Virus record (IMG/VR): IMGVR_UViG_3300037264_003745
Coordinates: 1-58,313 of that record
From: a virus
Taxonomy: Duplodnaviria > Caudoviricetes
DNA: 58,313 nucleotides
Reading direction: 5' to 3' (one strand)
Below the pieces are notes generated by a model that searched no databases, was not told where the DNA came from, and saw only the letters and a program-made list of their open reading frames with translations. The stretch's first letter is position 1. Each line of letters begins with the position of its first letter. The position numbers were made by a program, and so were the translations under genes. Positions 47,131-56,160 of this stretch are shown here, in pieces.

Positions 47131-48686
47131 CAGTCCACGTCCTCGTCCATGTTCAACGCTGGGGGTGGAGCCGGTGGCAGCCCACGTCCATCCACGCTCT
47201 TCACCGCGGCGTGCCACCATCTCGGCGCGAAGTTCCAGTGTCTCGCCATCAGCCAGCCGAGATTCGAGTCCGTCACGAATGTCTCGCACTGATCGTCCTC
47301 GGCCCTCATTCCACGCCCAGTCTCCTGCACGATCGTCTGAAGCGCCGAGTACGCACCGTACGTCTTGTCTCGCTCCTGTCTCGCACGTACGAGCGGCGAT
47401 GAGAGATCAGGAAACGGAACTTTCGGAATGATCTGATACTCGCACTGCGAAAACGGGAAGTCCAGCCCCGTCGCCACGGCGGGTGACACGAGCACACGCG
47501 CTCGGTCGCTCGCACGAAACTCTGCAACCAGATCCGCAGTCTTGCTCTTCCGACTATCGACGATGAAGATACCGCTCGTCCTGTGCCGCGATCTCCGCAG
47601 TATCTCCCACGCCCGATCGTACGAGACCGAATGAATGATGCCTTTGCGATCTCGCCGAGCGTCGATGATGAGGTCGATCGCCTCGACCCACTGCGCGCTC
47701 TGCGCCTCCGTCATTCCCCGCTTCACGTTCACGGCCGGCCAGTAGTAGACCGGCCTCCGCCTCACCGGGAAGCTGCTCTCCTGCTCATGTACGCTCACAT
47801 GCTGGTCGACTCCGAGCATCTCGAGTGTCTTCTTCCGCACGCTCGCGCTCGCGAAGATCACCTTCTTCGCGCCTCGAAACAGCAGATCCTCGGCGAGAAG
47901 CCCAGGCTCGATGAGATCCCAGCGCCAGCGCCGCGTCTTCGCATCCGCACTCGCCACCCAATCCTGCTCGCTCAGTCGACACAGCCTACCGAGATCGCGC
48001 TGCAACCGCCGCGCTCGCTTCCGCTTTCCCATGTCGAGCGTGCCCACCGTCGCCGTCAACACCCGCTCGATTCTCTCGATCGTGTCCGGTGCCCATGTCC
48101 GAAACGCCCGTTGTCCCGGCAGCGGCAGCCCGAGCTCTCTCAGCCCGGCCTCACCCACCTCGACCGCGGCGAAGTCCGATATCTGATCCGGCGCAGTATG
48201 TGCCTCGTCCAGCACCAGCACATCGAAGCCCCCGATTCCCCTGCTCTCCTCGTCGTGCAGCCAGTACGCGTAGTTCGTCACGACCAGCCGACTCGCCGCG
48301 GCCCGCCTCCTCTGATCGTAGTACCCGCACCCAGGCACCTTCAGGTACTCGCAGAAGACCCCGGCCGTGCATGCCGCCTCCGCCGCCGTCACCTCCGCGA
48401 TCTCGCAGTTGTAGTTCTGCCGCCCGCGCATGTCGATGAGACCCATCGCGCGGAAGTCCGAGAGGAGCTGGTCCTGGAGAGCGCGGGTTGCGGTCAGCAC
48501 GCACACGCGCTGATGGTCGTGGAGCGCGGCGAGACCCATGTATGTTGCGGACTTGCCCGATCCCGTCGGAGTCGTCAGCATGTCGAAGCGGTCGGACGAG
48601 TACAGGATGTCCTTGAGTGCGCGGTCCTGACCTTTGCGCCAGCTCTCGAACTTCTCCGGCAGTCCGATACTCGATGGCGTTCTCAT
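47127..48686 (-). CDS. DinG/XPD-family SF2 helicase with Fe-S cluster
   Basis: Q motif WRKGQ, PTGSGKS, four Cys after GRQNYNC, VLDEAH, SAS, TGLDF, QETGRGMR. Confidence 0.9.
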   Translation of the reverse strand: MRTPSSIGLPEKFESWRKGQDRALKDILYSSDRFDMLTTPTGSGKSATYMGLAALHDHQRVCVLTATRALQDQLLSDFRAMGLIDMRGRQNYNCEIAEVTAAEAACTAGVFCEYLKVPGCGYYDQRRRAAASRLVVTNYAYWLHDEESRGIGGFDVLVLDEAHTAPDQISDFAAVEVGEAGLRELGLPLPGQRAFRTWAPDTIERIERVLTATVGTLDMGKRKRARRLQRDLGRLCRLSEQDWVASADAKTRRWRWDLIEPGLLAEDLLFRGAKKVIFASASVRKKTLEMLGVDQHVSVHEQESSFPVRRRPVYYWPAVNVKRGMTEAQSAQWVEAIDLIIDARRDRKGIIHSVSYDRAWEILRRSRHRTSGIFIVDSRKSKTADLVAEFRASDRARVLVSPAVATGLDFPFSQCEYQIIPKVPFPDLSSPLVRARQERDKTYGAYSALQTIVQETGRGMRAEDDQCETFVTDSNLGWLMARHWNFAPRWWHAAVKSVDGRGLPPAPPPALNMDEDVDC

Positions 48687-49285
48687 TCGGCTGACTCCGA
48701 CTCCGACTCCGACTCCGACTCCCTGGCCTTCACCTTCCCACCCTTCCGCGCCCGATCGAGCATCGCCTTCGTTTTCTTCCGATACTCTGCCCGCCAATAC
48801 TCATCGCCGATCCGGTCGATCGTCACCCACACTCTCTCCGCGAGCTCGATCGCCTTCTCCCGATGCCCGTCCGTCGTCAGTCTCTCCACCGTCGTCGATA
48901 TCTTCCGCAGGATGTCGAGGTAGTAGATGTGCTCCATCTCCACCGCCGCCGCTCTCACCCAGCCGGCCAGCGTGCTCGCCTCGTTCGTCACATCCTCGTC
49001 CTTCGCCCGCTTCGACAGCTCGCCGATCCCCTGCTTGATGCACCAGCGAAAGATGTCGCTCTCCGTCTGGAATGTGAAGAGCTCTCTCGACAGGATCGTG
49101 CTCGCGATCCGCTTGTAGTCAGGCGGCGACGCGAAGCTCACATTCACGGAGCGCCCGAGCGGGTCGGATGGGCGGACGAAGTAGTCGGTGATCGGGAAGG
49201 AGGCTTCGGCGCGTGAAGGGTGGGTCTTGGCTTGACGACGACGAGTCGATGGGGAGATGCCGCGACGGTGTGAGGGGTTGGACAA
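48683..49285 (-). CDS. Hypothetical protein (possible ribbon-helix-helix-like N-terminal domain)
   Basis: GAGG RBS; FQTESDIFRW. Confidence 0.65.
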   Translation of the reverse strand: MSNPSHRRGISPSTRRRQAKTHPSRAEASFPITDYFVRPSDPLGRSVNVSFASPPDYKRIASTILSRELFTFQTESDIFRWCIKQGIGELSKRAKDEDVTNEASTLAGWVRAAAVEMEHIYYLDILRKISTTVERLTTDGHREKAIELAERVWVTIDRIGDEYWRAEYRKKTKAMLDRARKGGKVKARESESESESESAE

Positions 49286-49461
49286 GCCTCAGCTCCGGAC
49301 CGCAGACGTGGTCGTGGGCTCAGAAGAGGGGCGGCCGGGCTTGATTCCGGCTGTCTCGTACGTCGCCCAAGGTCGTCGAGACCTATCCGCGCGCGCCGCT
49401 AGAGCGTGTCCATCCACGCCGCGCCCCTCATCTGAGCCTACGACTGCTGACCTGATCGACC

Positions 49462-49491
49462 TTGACCGTTGCACAACCGGCATGCTACCAT
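49462..49491 (+). promoter_or_regulatory. Sigma70-like promoter for a near-leaderless HTH gene
   Basis: TTGACC-18 nt-TACCAT (TG extended), ending 9 nt before ATG at 49501; no RBS. Confidence 0.55.
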
Positions 49492-49500
49492 CTCGTTGTC

Positions 49501-49788
49501 ATGGAGGCAACACCAAATCTCACTGCCCGCAAGAAACTGCTCGGCCCGTACTCGCTACGTGCGCTGGCTGGGCGAGCTGGGATCTCGCCATCCTACTTCA
49601 GCCGCGTGCTGTCCGGGAAGCGCCGGCCGCTGATGGAGACGGTACACATGCTGGCTCGAGCGCGGGGCATGGGCCTCGATGAGTTCTATGTGCTGCTGAC
49701 GCGCACGCCGGTGTACGCACCGCCTGCACCGTCCGCTCGTACGCGTCGCGTAGTGAAGGCCAAAAAAAGGGGCGCTCGAGCCCGCTAG
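49501..49788 (+). CDS. XRE-family HTH transcriptional regulator
   Basis: SLRALAGRAGISPSYFSRVLSGKRRP...LARA.GM.LDEF. Confidence 0.9.
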   Translation: MEATPNLTARKKLLGPYSLRALAGRAGISPSYFSRVLSGKRRPLMETVHMLARARGMGLDEFYVLLTRTPVYAPPAPSARTRRVVKAKKRGARAR

Positions 49789-49818
49789 TCCGAGCCAAGC
49801 CGAGCGCCCCGTCGATCG

Positions 49819-50181
49819 TCAGTCTCTCACGCTGACGCCACCTCCACCTCCACCTCCACCTCCACCTCCCACCTCTTCCGCGTTCAACTTCGCCGCCAGC
49901 TCCGCAGCCTCTCGCAGCGCTTTCCCATACGCCGACCGCGGACCCGTGTACTTGCCGTCCAAGTGCTGCGTGCCACGCCCACTGTACTGGTCGCCCCACT
50001 GCTTCACCGTAGCGCGACGCACCCAAGACAGCCCCGAGCCCGGAGCGTGTTTCGCAGTGGTTGTGTCGAGCACGCGAACCACCCTGGCCCATCCCCAAAA
50101 CGTCGCCGGGGCTCGCGCGCTCTTGATGTCTACGACGTAGCGCACCGTCGGTGTGTACGTCCAGCGTGTGCTCATGCTCAT
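49819..50181 (-). CDS. Hypothetical protein
   Basis: ATGA overlap; MSMSTRWTY... Confidence 0.65.
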   Translation of the reverse strand: MSMSTRWTYTPTVRYVVDIKSARAPATFWGWARVVRVLDTTTAKHAPGSGLSWVRRATVKQWGDQYSGRGTQHLDGKYTGPRSAYGKALREAAELAAKLNAEEVGGGGGGGGGGGVSVRD

Positions 50182-50651
50182 GCCGTCACCCCCACCCCCA
50201 TCCCCATCTCCTCCACCAGCCGCAGTACGAACCTTGCGTCGAACTTCCCCCCTCCGCACAGCCCGCAGCTCAACCTCCTCCCCTCCTTCGGTCTCCGATA
50301 CCGCATCTTCACCTTGCCGCAGCTCACGCACTTCAGCTTCCACTTCCCGTCGGGCTGTGCGAGAAGCGGCCGGCGCTTGCCGCTGCATCCGATCCCCTTC
50401 GCTATCCGCACCCACTCCGCATCGTGTCTCTCCGTCCCCGCGAGGGCATGTGCGATCTCGTGCAGCGTGATCTCACTCACACCCGCGGCGTCGTTCGCCC
50501 GCAGTATCGGCTCCGACAGCTCGATCCGATCGGAGTCGAGCCAGCAGAGTCCGGCCGTAGTCAGGGACTGCATGTACCCGAACGTCCACGAGTGGAGATG
50601 GTGGCGGTGCATGAGGGATGTGACGAGGAAGCGAGCTTCGATCGAGTTCAT
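50178..50651 (-). CDS. SprT-like metalloprotease domain protein
   Basis: AGLC, IELS, LHEIAHAL...HDAEW, C-terminal CVSC/CGLC. Confidence 0.85.
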   Translation of the reverse strand: MNSIEARFLVTSLMHRHHLHSWTFGYMQSLTTAGLCWLDSDRIELSEPILRANDAAGVSEITLHEIAHALAGTERHDAEWVRIAKGIGCSGKRRPLLAQPDGKWKLKCVSCGKVKMRYRRPKEGRRLSCGLCGGGKFDARFVLRLVEEMGMGVGVTA

Positions 50652-50791
50652 CTCCCACCTCCCCCGCCCACCATCCGCCACACCGTCACCACGATCGCCA
50701 ACCCTCCGATCACGAGCCCCGTCCAGATCGCGAGGCCGGCGATCATGCCGAGGATGGTGTCGGGTATCGACATCCGTCGTTGCGGTTTCAC
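50648..50791 (-). CDS. Small membrane protein
   Basis: ILGMIAGLAIWTGLVIGGLAIVVTVW. Confidence 0.6.
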   Translation of the reverse strand: MKPQRRMSIPDTILGMIAGLAIWTGLVIGGLAIVVTVWRMVGGGGGR

Positions 50792-50976
50792 TTCTTCCCC
50801 TCCTCCACCTTCAAGAAGTCTGTCGAGATGAGCACCACGCGCAGGTCGCGGAGCAAGATCATTGTCCTCAGCTCGGGCCACAGCTCGTCGGTCCGCAACC
50901 GCTTCAACTGGGCCTCCAGCTCGCGCACCTCACGCGAGTAGTCCGCCGCTGTGCGCTTCGGCTTGTCGCTCATCAC
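50788..50976 (-). CDS. Small hypothetical protein
   Basis: GGAG junction, overlaps its neighbours. Confidence 0.6.
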   Translation of the reverse strand: MMSDKPKRTAADYSREVRELEAQLKRLRTDELWPELRTMILLRDLRVVLISTDFLKVEEGKK

Positions 50977-51308
50977 TCCACCTCGTCATCGCACGGCACG
51001 GCTCGCCACCCGCTCACCAGCGTCCAGCGGCTGGCGAGAGCACTGGCGTACTCCAGAGCCTCGGCTTCGGTCGCGAACCTGAGCGCGTTCCCGCACCACA
51101 CGCCCGAGCTGTCCGCGATCACCTCGGCTTTCCAGCTCTTCGGAGTCGACTGCTCCTCCGCTCGCTCCTCCTCCTCCTCCTCCTCCTCCTCCTTCTCCTT
51201 CTCCTTCTCCTCCCTCTCCCCCCTCTCTCCGTCCGACTCGTCGTCGGGCGTCGCCAGCTTCCACTCGTCGTAACCTCGAATCGTCCCGCCGTATCCGTGA
51301 TCGCTCAT
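50973..51308 (-). CDS. Hypothetical protein with an acidic linker
   Basis: YDEWKLATP; SWKAEVIADSSGVWCGNALRFAT. Confidence 0.75.
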   Translation of the reverse strand: MSDHGYGGTIRGYDEWKLATPDDESDGERGEREEKEKEKEEEEEEEEERAEEQSTPKSWKAEVIADSSGVWCGNALRFATEAEALEYASALASRWTLVSGWRAVPCDDEVE

Positions 51309-51387
51309 ATCGCCATACCCTCCGATCGCCCTCTCGACCCAACCGATCCGAGCTGAGCCGAGAGGGCAACCGCAGACTACGCCGCGG

Positions 51388-52689
51388 TCAGTTGATCGTC
51401 AGAGCCTTCTCGATCGCCAGAGCGTGCGGCGTCCCCTTCCTCACCACCTCGACCGCCCGAGCCTGGAACACGCTCGCCACCCGCTCCATCTCGTGCTCGT
51501 CGGCCCACGTCTCGCCCTTGTGCGCCGCCTCGGAGATCGCCGCCGACAGCCCGAAGATGCTCGCCGGGTAGTGGCTCGCCGTCCACTGCTCGGTCCAGCT
51601 CTTCGCCGTCGCCGCCGGGAGCTGATACCGCTTCGCGATCTCGCCGAGCGCCCGAGCGGGCGTCCACGCCGAGCCGATCTCGATCTGCGCGCTCCTCGTG
51701 ATGACCGCGAGCAACGGCTCCATGTCGTAGAACGCGGAGCGGATCGCCTTCTGCAACCGGGACAGCAACGAGCCCGCGTCCCCGATGTGGCGGATCACGA
51801 CCTCCGTCCCCTCTCCGACGCTCACCGTGAGGTTCGCGCAGGCAGCGCGGACGACGGCCGGCGCGATGCGGAGGGAGCCCTCGCCCGTCTCCGAGTTCGT
51901 GATCGACAGCATGCCGTAGTGGACGTCACCGACGACGAACGTCTCGACACCGATCTCGTTCGGCCAGATGATCTCGAACCGCGACCGCTGATCGCCCGGC
52001 TTGTAGTCGAGCCTACCTTTCGTGTCCCCTGACATCACCTGCCCGAGCGCGTCGGCGATGTCGACGTCCGTCACCGAGCCGTACTTGCCGGAGAGCGCAG
52101 CCCTTGCGATCCGACTCCCCGAGTGCGGGACGCGGGTACGGAGGGTGACGGCGGTGCCGGGCTCCGTCCTCGCGATCCGCTTGTTCACGATCTCCGCCCG
52201 CTCCTGGTCCGAGAGGTAGAGGAGGGCGGACGAGAACCCGCGCGGTGCGTCGTCGAGCGGGTCGACCTGAGTGACGAGCTGGCGGAGCGTGTGCGGCCCG
52301 TAGCCGAGGCCGAAGTCCGTTCGCTGGTCGTTGATGTGATCCGCGTGAACCAGCCGCCCGTCGCGCGGGCGGAGGCGGAGATCGCTGACCTTGATTCCGT
52401 AGTCCTTCCGATCCTCTGCCGCGAGGGCCGTCCCCACGAGCCCGACGACCTCACCCGCGATCGGCAGCCGTCGCCACGCAGCGCGATCGGACTTCAGCTT
52501 GTCGACACCCGACGAGTAGAGCGCGGTGCCCTCGGGGAGAATGGTCCCCGGCCACACGATCCCGGCCGCCTCACACGCCCTCCGTGCCGTCTCCTGTCGC
52601 GACACGAAGTCGTTCGTCACCGTCGCCGTCGTCGTCGCCGTCGCCGGCACCACCGCCGTCTCGCCACGCACCATCAGTTCGGTTGACAT
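51388..52689 (-). CDS. DUF932-like protein
   Basis: RAALSGKY, ITNSETGEGSL...VVRAACANL...IRHIG. Confidence 0.75.
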   Translation of the reverse strand: MSTELMVRGETAVVPATATTTATVTNDFVSRQETARRACEAAGIVWPGTILPEGTALYSSGVDKLKSDRAAWRRLPIAGEVVGLVGTALAAEDRKDYGIKVSDLRLRPRDGRLVHADHINDQRTDFGLGYGPHTLRQLVTQVDPLDDAPRGFSSALLYLSDQERAEIVNKRIARTEPGTAVTLRTRVPHSGSRIARAALSGKYGSVTDVDIADALGQVMSGDTKGRLDYKPGDQRSRFEIIWPNEIGVETFVVGDVHYGMLSITNSETGEGSLRIAPAVVRAACANLTVSVGEGTEVVIRHIGDAGSLLSRLQKAIRSAFYDMEPLLAVITRSAQIEIGSAWTPARALGEIAKRYQLPAATAKSWTEQWTASHYPASIFGLSAAISEAAHKGETWADEHEMERVASVFQARAVEVVRKGTPHALAIEKALTIN

Positions 52690-52726
52690 TTTGCTTCTCT
52701 CTCCTGGGCGATCTCCGACCGCCCTG

Positions 52727-53095
52727 TTACCGTCCATCCTCAACCCTGCACCCGCTGCCTGACCGAAGAGCTGCCCAAAGCGCTCGGCGCCCGCGATGAT
52801 CCTCGCCCCACTCGTGCGAGGGGCTGTCCTGCGGTCCGTCGATCCCATTGGCGAGCAGAAGGCCACGCTCGCGCAGCCTGTCCAGCCAGCCCCACGCGCT
52901 CTCCGTGCGGATGGCGCGCTTGATCCGGGCGAAGTGCGGATCGCTCAGGCCGCGGGCATCCGCCTCAGCCTCCAGAGCCTCGACCGCCCGATCCCGCGCC
53001 GAGCGCGAGCCAAACCAGACCTTGTGGCCGTGAGGGTTGTTCGCGCACACGAAGTACCTGCTGTTCTCGTATCCGTAGATCGTCGTCGTCTTCAT
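52727..53095 (-). CDS. Hypothetical protein
   Basis: GGAGG RBS before ATG at 53095. Confidence 0.6.
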   Translation of the reverse strand: MKTTTIYGYENSRYFVCANNPHGHKVWFGSRSARDRAVEALEAEADARGLSDPHFARIKRAIRTESAWGWLDRLRERGLLLANGIDGPQDSPSHEWGEDHRGRRALWAALRSGSGCRVEDGR

Positions 53096-53149
53096 CGTCA
53101 CCTCCGATCGTCCCACGACTCGCGCCGTGGGACGCCCGCAGACTACGAT

Positions 53150-53458
53150 TTACTCGCTCACCTCGTCGGCGAGCACTGCGAGGTCGGCCGGCAGCTGATG
53201 GTTGTTGACAAGCAGCCACTGCGCTGCCGCTTGGTTGCTGATCCATTCCGCCGATGCGCGCGTGCCTGCCCACTGACTCCAGTGCACCAAGTAGTACCGC
53301 CCCTTCCGCGAGGCGTAGAGCTGCTGGTGGTCCCACTGCGAGCCCGTCGCCGAGCTACAGCTGTTGTGGCCATCCCAGTAGGTGTCCTCTCGCCACCAAG
53401 TGGCCGTCGCCTTGTCGGTGTCCACGATCGTCCCGTCATCCATCCGATACCGTGCCAT
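53150..53458 (-). CDS. Hypothetical protein
   Basis: AGGAG RBS; DTDKAT...LYASRKGRYYL. Confidence 0.75.
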   Translation of the reverse strand: MARYRMDDGTIVDTDKATATWWREDTYWDGHNSCSSATGSQWDHQQLYASRKGRYYLVHWSQWAGTRASAEWISNQAAAQWLLVNNHQLPADLAVLADEVSE

Positions 53459-53523
53459 GTGCGTCTCCTGCGCTTTCGCGCGTTCGGCGTCCTCAGACGC
53501 CACCCTCGATCGAAGCCCGCATC

Positions 53524-53784
53524 TCACCCCTCCTCTTCAACGTCCACCACCACCATCTCGCACGAGCACATCTCCCCCCGCGGCACGCTATCGCCGCACT
53601 CCGCGCACCGTCTCGGCCTGTTCGGACACCCGTTCTCGTGACACGCAATCCCGCAGATCGACACCGCATCGCACTGCGAGCAGCCGACCGTGACGCCGCG
53701 CTCGCGCACCTCGATTCTCGACTTGTCGAACCCTCCCCGCACGAGGCTCGCGAGGATTCCGGTCTTCTTGTTCCTCACGCTCAT
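53524..53784 (-). CDS. Cys-rich hypothetical protein
   Basis: CSQCDA..ICGIACHE.GCPN. Confidence 0.75.
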   Translation of the reverse strand: MSVRNKKTGILASLVRGGFDKSRIEVRERGVTVGCSQCDAVSICGIACHENGCPNRPRRCAECGDSVPRGEMCSCEMVVVDVEEEG

Positions 53785-53785
53785 C

Positions 53786-54112
53786 TCAGTCCTCCCTCCG
53801 CAGCGACTCCCGTCGTCGTCGTCGAGCCCCGATCTTCTCCGCGACCTTCGCGCAGTGCGAGCCCGGCCGGACGAGGATGATCTCGAACCACCCCGGCCCC
53901 CAATGGCCGAACCGATGTGACTCGCAGCTCAGCTCGTTGTCCATCACACTCGCGTCCTCGATCCGCGACCAAGCGCGCTCGAAGTTGCGCGCGACCGCGA
54001 TCCCGCTGTCCCGCGTCCGCATCACTTCGACCACGAGCCAGTCTCTGCGGTGCCCGAGAAACGCCCCAGGCGAGTCGAACCCTGTCGGCGACCAGTCCTT
54101 GTAGGCTTTCAT
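53786..54112 (-). CDS. Hypothetical protein
   Basis: PTGFDSPG...HRFGHWGPGWFEIILVRP. Confidence 0.75.
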   Translation of the reverse strand: MKAYKDWSPTGFDSPGAFLGHRRDWLVVEVMRTRDSGIAVARNFERAWSRIEDASVMDNELSCESHRFGHWGPGWFEIILVRPGSHCAKVAEKIGARRRRRESLRRED

Positions 54113-54113
54113 C

Positions 54114-54350
54114 TCACTCCTCCTCCTCCTCATCCTCATCCTCATCGTCGCCCTCGTCCTCACCCAACGCACACGCCTGACAGATCGCCACCGCATCCGC
54201 ATCGTCCGCCACGAAGCTCTCGCCACAGATGTCACACTGAGGCTCGAAGTCCGGGAGCTTCGCGAACGGGACGTGGTCGATCAGCCGCACCTTCTCCTCA
54301 GGCTCGAGATCGTCCAGCATCGCGTCGTACTGCTGTTTCGGTGTCGTCAT
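54114..54350 (-). CDS. Small Zn-finger protein with an acidic tail
   Basis: CDIC...CQAC. Confidence 0.65.
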   Translation of the reverse strand: MTTPKQQYDAMLDDLEPEEKVRLIDHVPFAKLPDFEPQCDICGESFVADDADAVAICQACALGEDEGDDEDEDEEEEE

Positions 54351-54883
54351 CACTTCACCTCCGTGTTTCCGCCGCCGTCGTGCTTCACGATCCACTCGTG
54401 TCTCCCGCCCTCCCACCGCCACACCTTCCACACCATCGCCGTCTTGTCGAACGCCACCGACAGCGGCTCGCCCTCTCGATCCTCGACCACGAACCCGCCT
54501 TCGAGCGCGTAGTCGTACTCCCACACGGGCATCGACAGCACTTCGTGGAATTCGTCCGCGATGACGTCCTTGATGTCGTTGCGATTCACCCCCGTGATCC
54601 TCAGCTTGAACCCGTACTGAAGCGACGGCGTGACGACGATCGTGTGCTCCGTCCAACCGTCATACATACCGTCGTTTATGTGATGCCACTCCCCGTAAAG
54701 CATGATCTTCTCAGGCCCGCTCCCCTCGGCCAGAGACGTGCCGAGATCCCATCCGCCCCCGCTCGGCAGCATGTCGAGCAGCTCATTCAGCCTCTCGTCC
54801 TTCCGCGTGACGTACTCGCTCTCCACGGGCGGCTGCCACGCGATCGTCCTCGCGAGCACCATGTACAGCGGCTTCTTCGTCAT
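54350..54883 (-). CDS. Hypothetical protein
   Basis: LPSGGGWD...HHINDGMYDGWTEH. Confidence 0.75.
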   Translation of the reverse strand: MTKKPLYMVLARTIAWQPPVESEYVTRKDERLNELLDMLPSGGGWDLGTSLAEGSGPEKIMLYGEWHHINDGMYDGWTEHTIVVTPSLQYGFKLRITGVNRNDIKDVIADEFHEVLSMPVWEYDYALEGGFVVEDREGEPLSVAFDKTAMVWKVWRWEGGRHEWIVKHDGGGNTEVK

Positions 54884-54884
54884 C

Positions 54885-55451
54885 TCACTCCCCCTTCCGC
54901 ATCTTGCCCAGCTCGTCACGCACGATGTAGTGCCAAACCGGGTTGTCGGGCACGATCGAGCCATCGGGCAGAACGCCGTTCACACGCGCCCACTTCCGAA
55001 ACTCTACCTCCTCTTCAGGAGACAGCTTCCGAAAGAACGTGGCGGACAGCCTCTCCTCACGCTCGCAGTCACAGCGGTTCGGCGAGAGCGAGCCGCACTC
55101 CGGGCAGTCGCCGCAAGCTCCGTATCCGCAGGTGCGCCCGCAGTCCTCGTGTCCGCACTCGCTTCCGCTCTCGCTCTCGCTCTCGCTCTCGCTCTCGCTC
55201 TCGCTCTCCGACCCCGACTCCGACATGTCCGTCCACGTCTCGACGTTCGCGTTGTAGTTCGGATTCTCCTCGTCCTCCACGTCGCTCCCGATGCAGACCT
55301 CGAGTCCTCTCGCCTCGAGCAGAGCGAGCAAGCACGGGACGAGCGCCTCGGCGTCGTTCTCCGGCAGCTCCCTCCTCGACTTCGCCTCGAACCCGCCCGG
55401 CAGCAGCCCTTCGCCCTCCTCGTACGCCCACACCCGCACCTTTCCGCTCAT
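54885..55451 (-). CDS. Mosaic hypothetical protein with an (ES)n linker and a Cys-rich module
   Basis: GAGG RBS; distinct modules joined by a hexamer repeat. Confidence 0.65.
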   Translation of the reverse strand: MSGKVRVWAYEEGEGLLPGGFEAKSRRELPENDAEALVPCLLALLEARGLEVCIGSDVEDEENPNYNANVETWTDMSESGSESESESESESESESGSECGHEDCGRTCGYGACGDCPECGSLSPNRCDCEREERLSATFFRKLSPEEEVEFRKWARVNGVLPDGSIVPDNPVWHYIVRDELGKMRKGE

Positions 55452-55840
55452 CTCGCCCTCCTCAGTGCCGCAACCTCCGCCTTCGCCCACACGACCATCG
55501 CCCCCGCCTCTCTTCCAGCTCCGTTCCACCCACCGCCTTTCCAGAACTTCTCCGTCAGCTCCGGCGGTATCGTCACGAGCCCGTCCCACACCGCGTCGGG
55601 CAGCTTATCGCCGTCCATCGGCAGTCCGTCATCGCCGTACGTCCCGCTCACCGTCAGCGAGCACGGCCCGATCCTCACGCTCCCCATCATCCAGTGCCCG
55701 CACTGGCGCATGCTCGTCCGCCGCACCGCGGCCCGCAGCTCGTGCGGGTTCGCTCTCCGGCTGAACACCATGAGGAAGAGCCCCGACGCGACTTGCCGCC
55801 CGTCCCTGTCATAGCCACGTCTGCGTGACGTGATGAACAT
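55448..55840 (-). CDS. Hypothetical protein, first gene of the leftward early operon
   Basis: AAGGGG RBS; QCGHWMMG...GTYGDDGLP...GGGWNGAG. Confidence 0.7.
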   Translation of the reverse strand: MFITSRRRGYDRDGRQVASGLFLMVFSRRANPHELRAAVRRTSMRQCGHWMMGSVRIGPCSLTVSGTYGDDGLPMDGDKLPDAVWDGLVTIPPELTEKFWKGGGWNGAGREAGAMVVWAKAEVAALRRAR

Positions 55841-56160
55841 GGTCGATCCCCTTTCCGGCAGCCGCGATCCAGCCGACCCAGCCGATCCAGCCGCCACACC
55901 AGCCCACCGATTCCTGCCGGCCGCAGCCTCATCGCGCCTGCTCGTCCTCGCGCCTCGTCCGCTGCCCGCAGGCCCGCGCCGCGTCCACGCGTTCGCACAG
56001 GCCCCGTCCTCCCCCCAGTCCTCCCCCCGCCGAGCGGACTCACGGCGCGAGCGGGTGCGGGGCCTCCCCCCCCCCCCCGCCCCGTCCGATCACCAGCCGT
56101 CCATCCCCGTACGCGCTATCCCGCTCCATCCCCGCGTGTTACCCATGCTACCCTCCGGCC

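Noticed and set aside
45187-48686. Type IV CRISPR-like module (DinG plus Cas4-like nuclease)
   Set aside because: No Cas7/Cas5/Cas6 or array; the context is a phage replication/recombination operon
54050-55828. 592-aa plus-strand ORF (and 49963-51273)
   Set aside because: Arg/Pro/Ser-rich antisense shadows of well-supported minus-strand small genes
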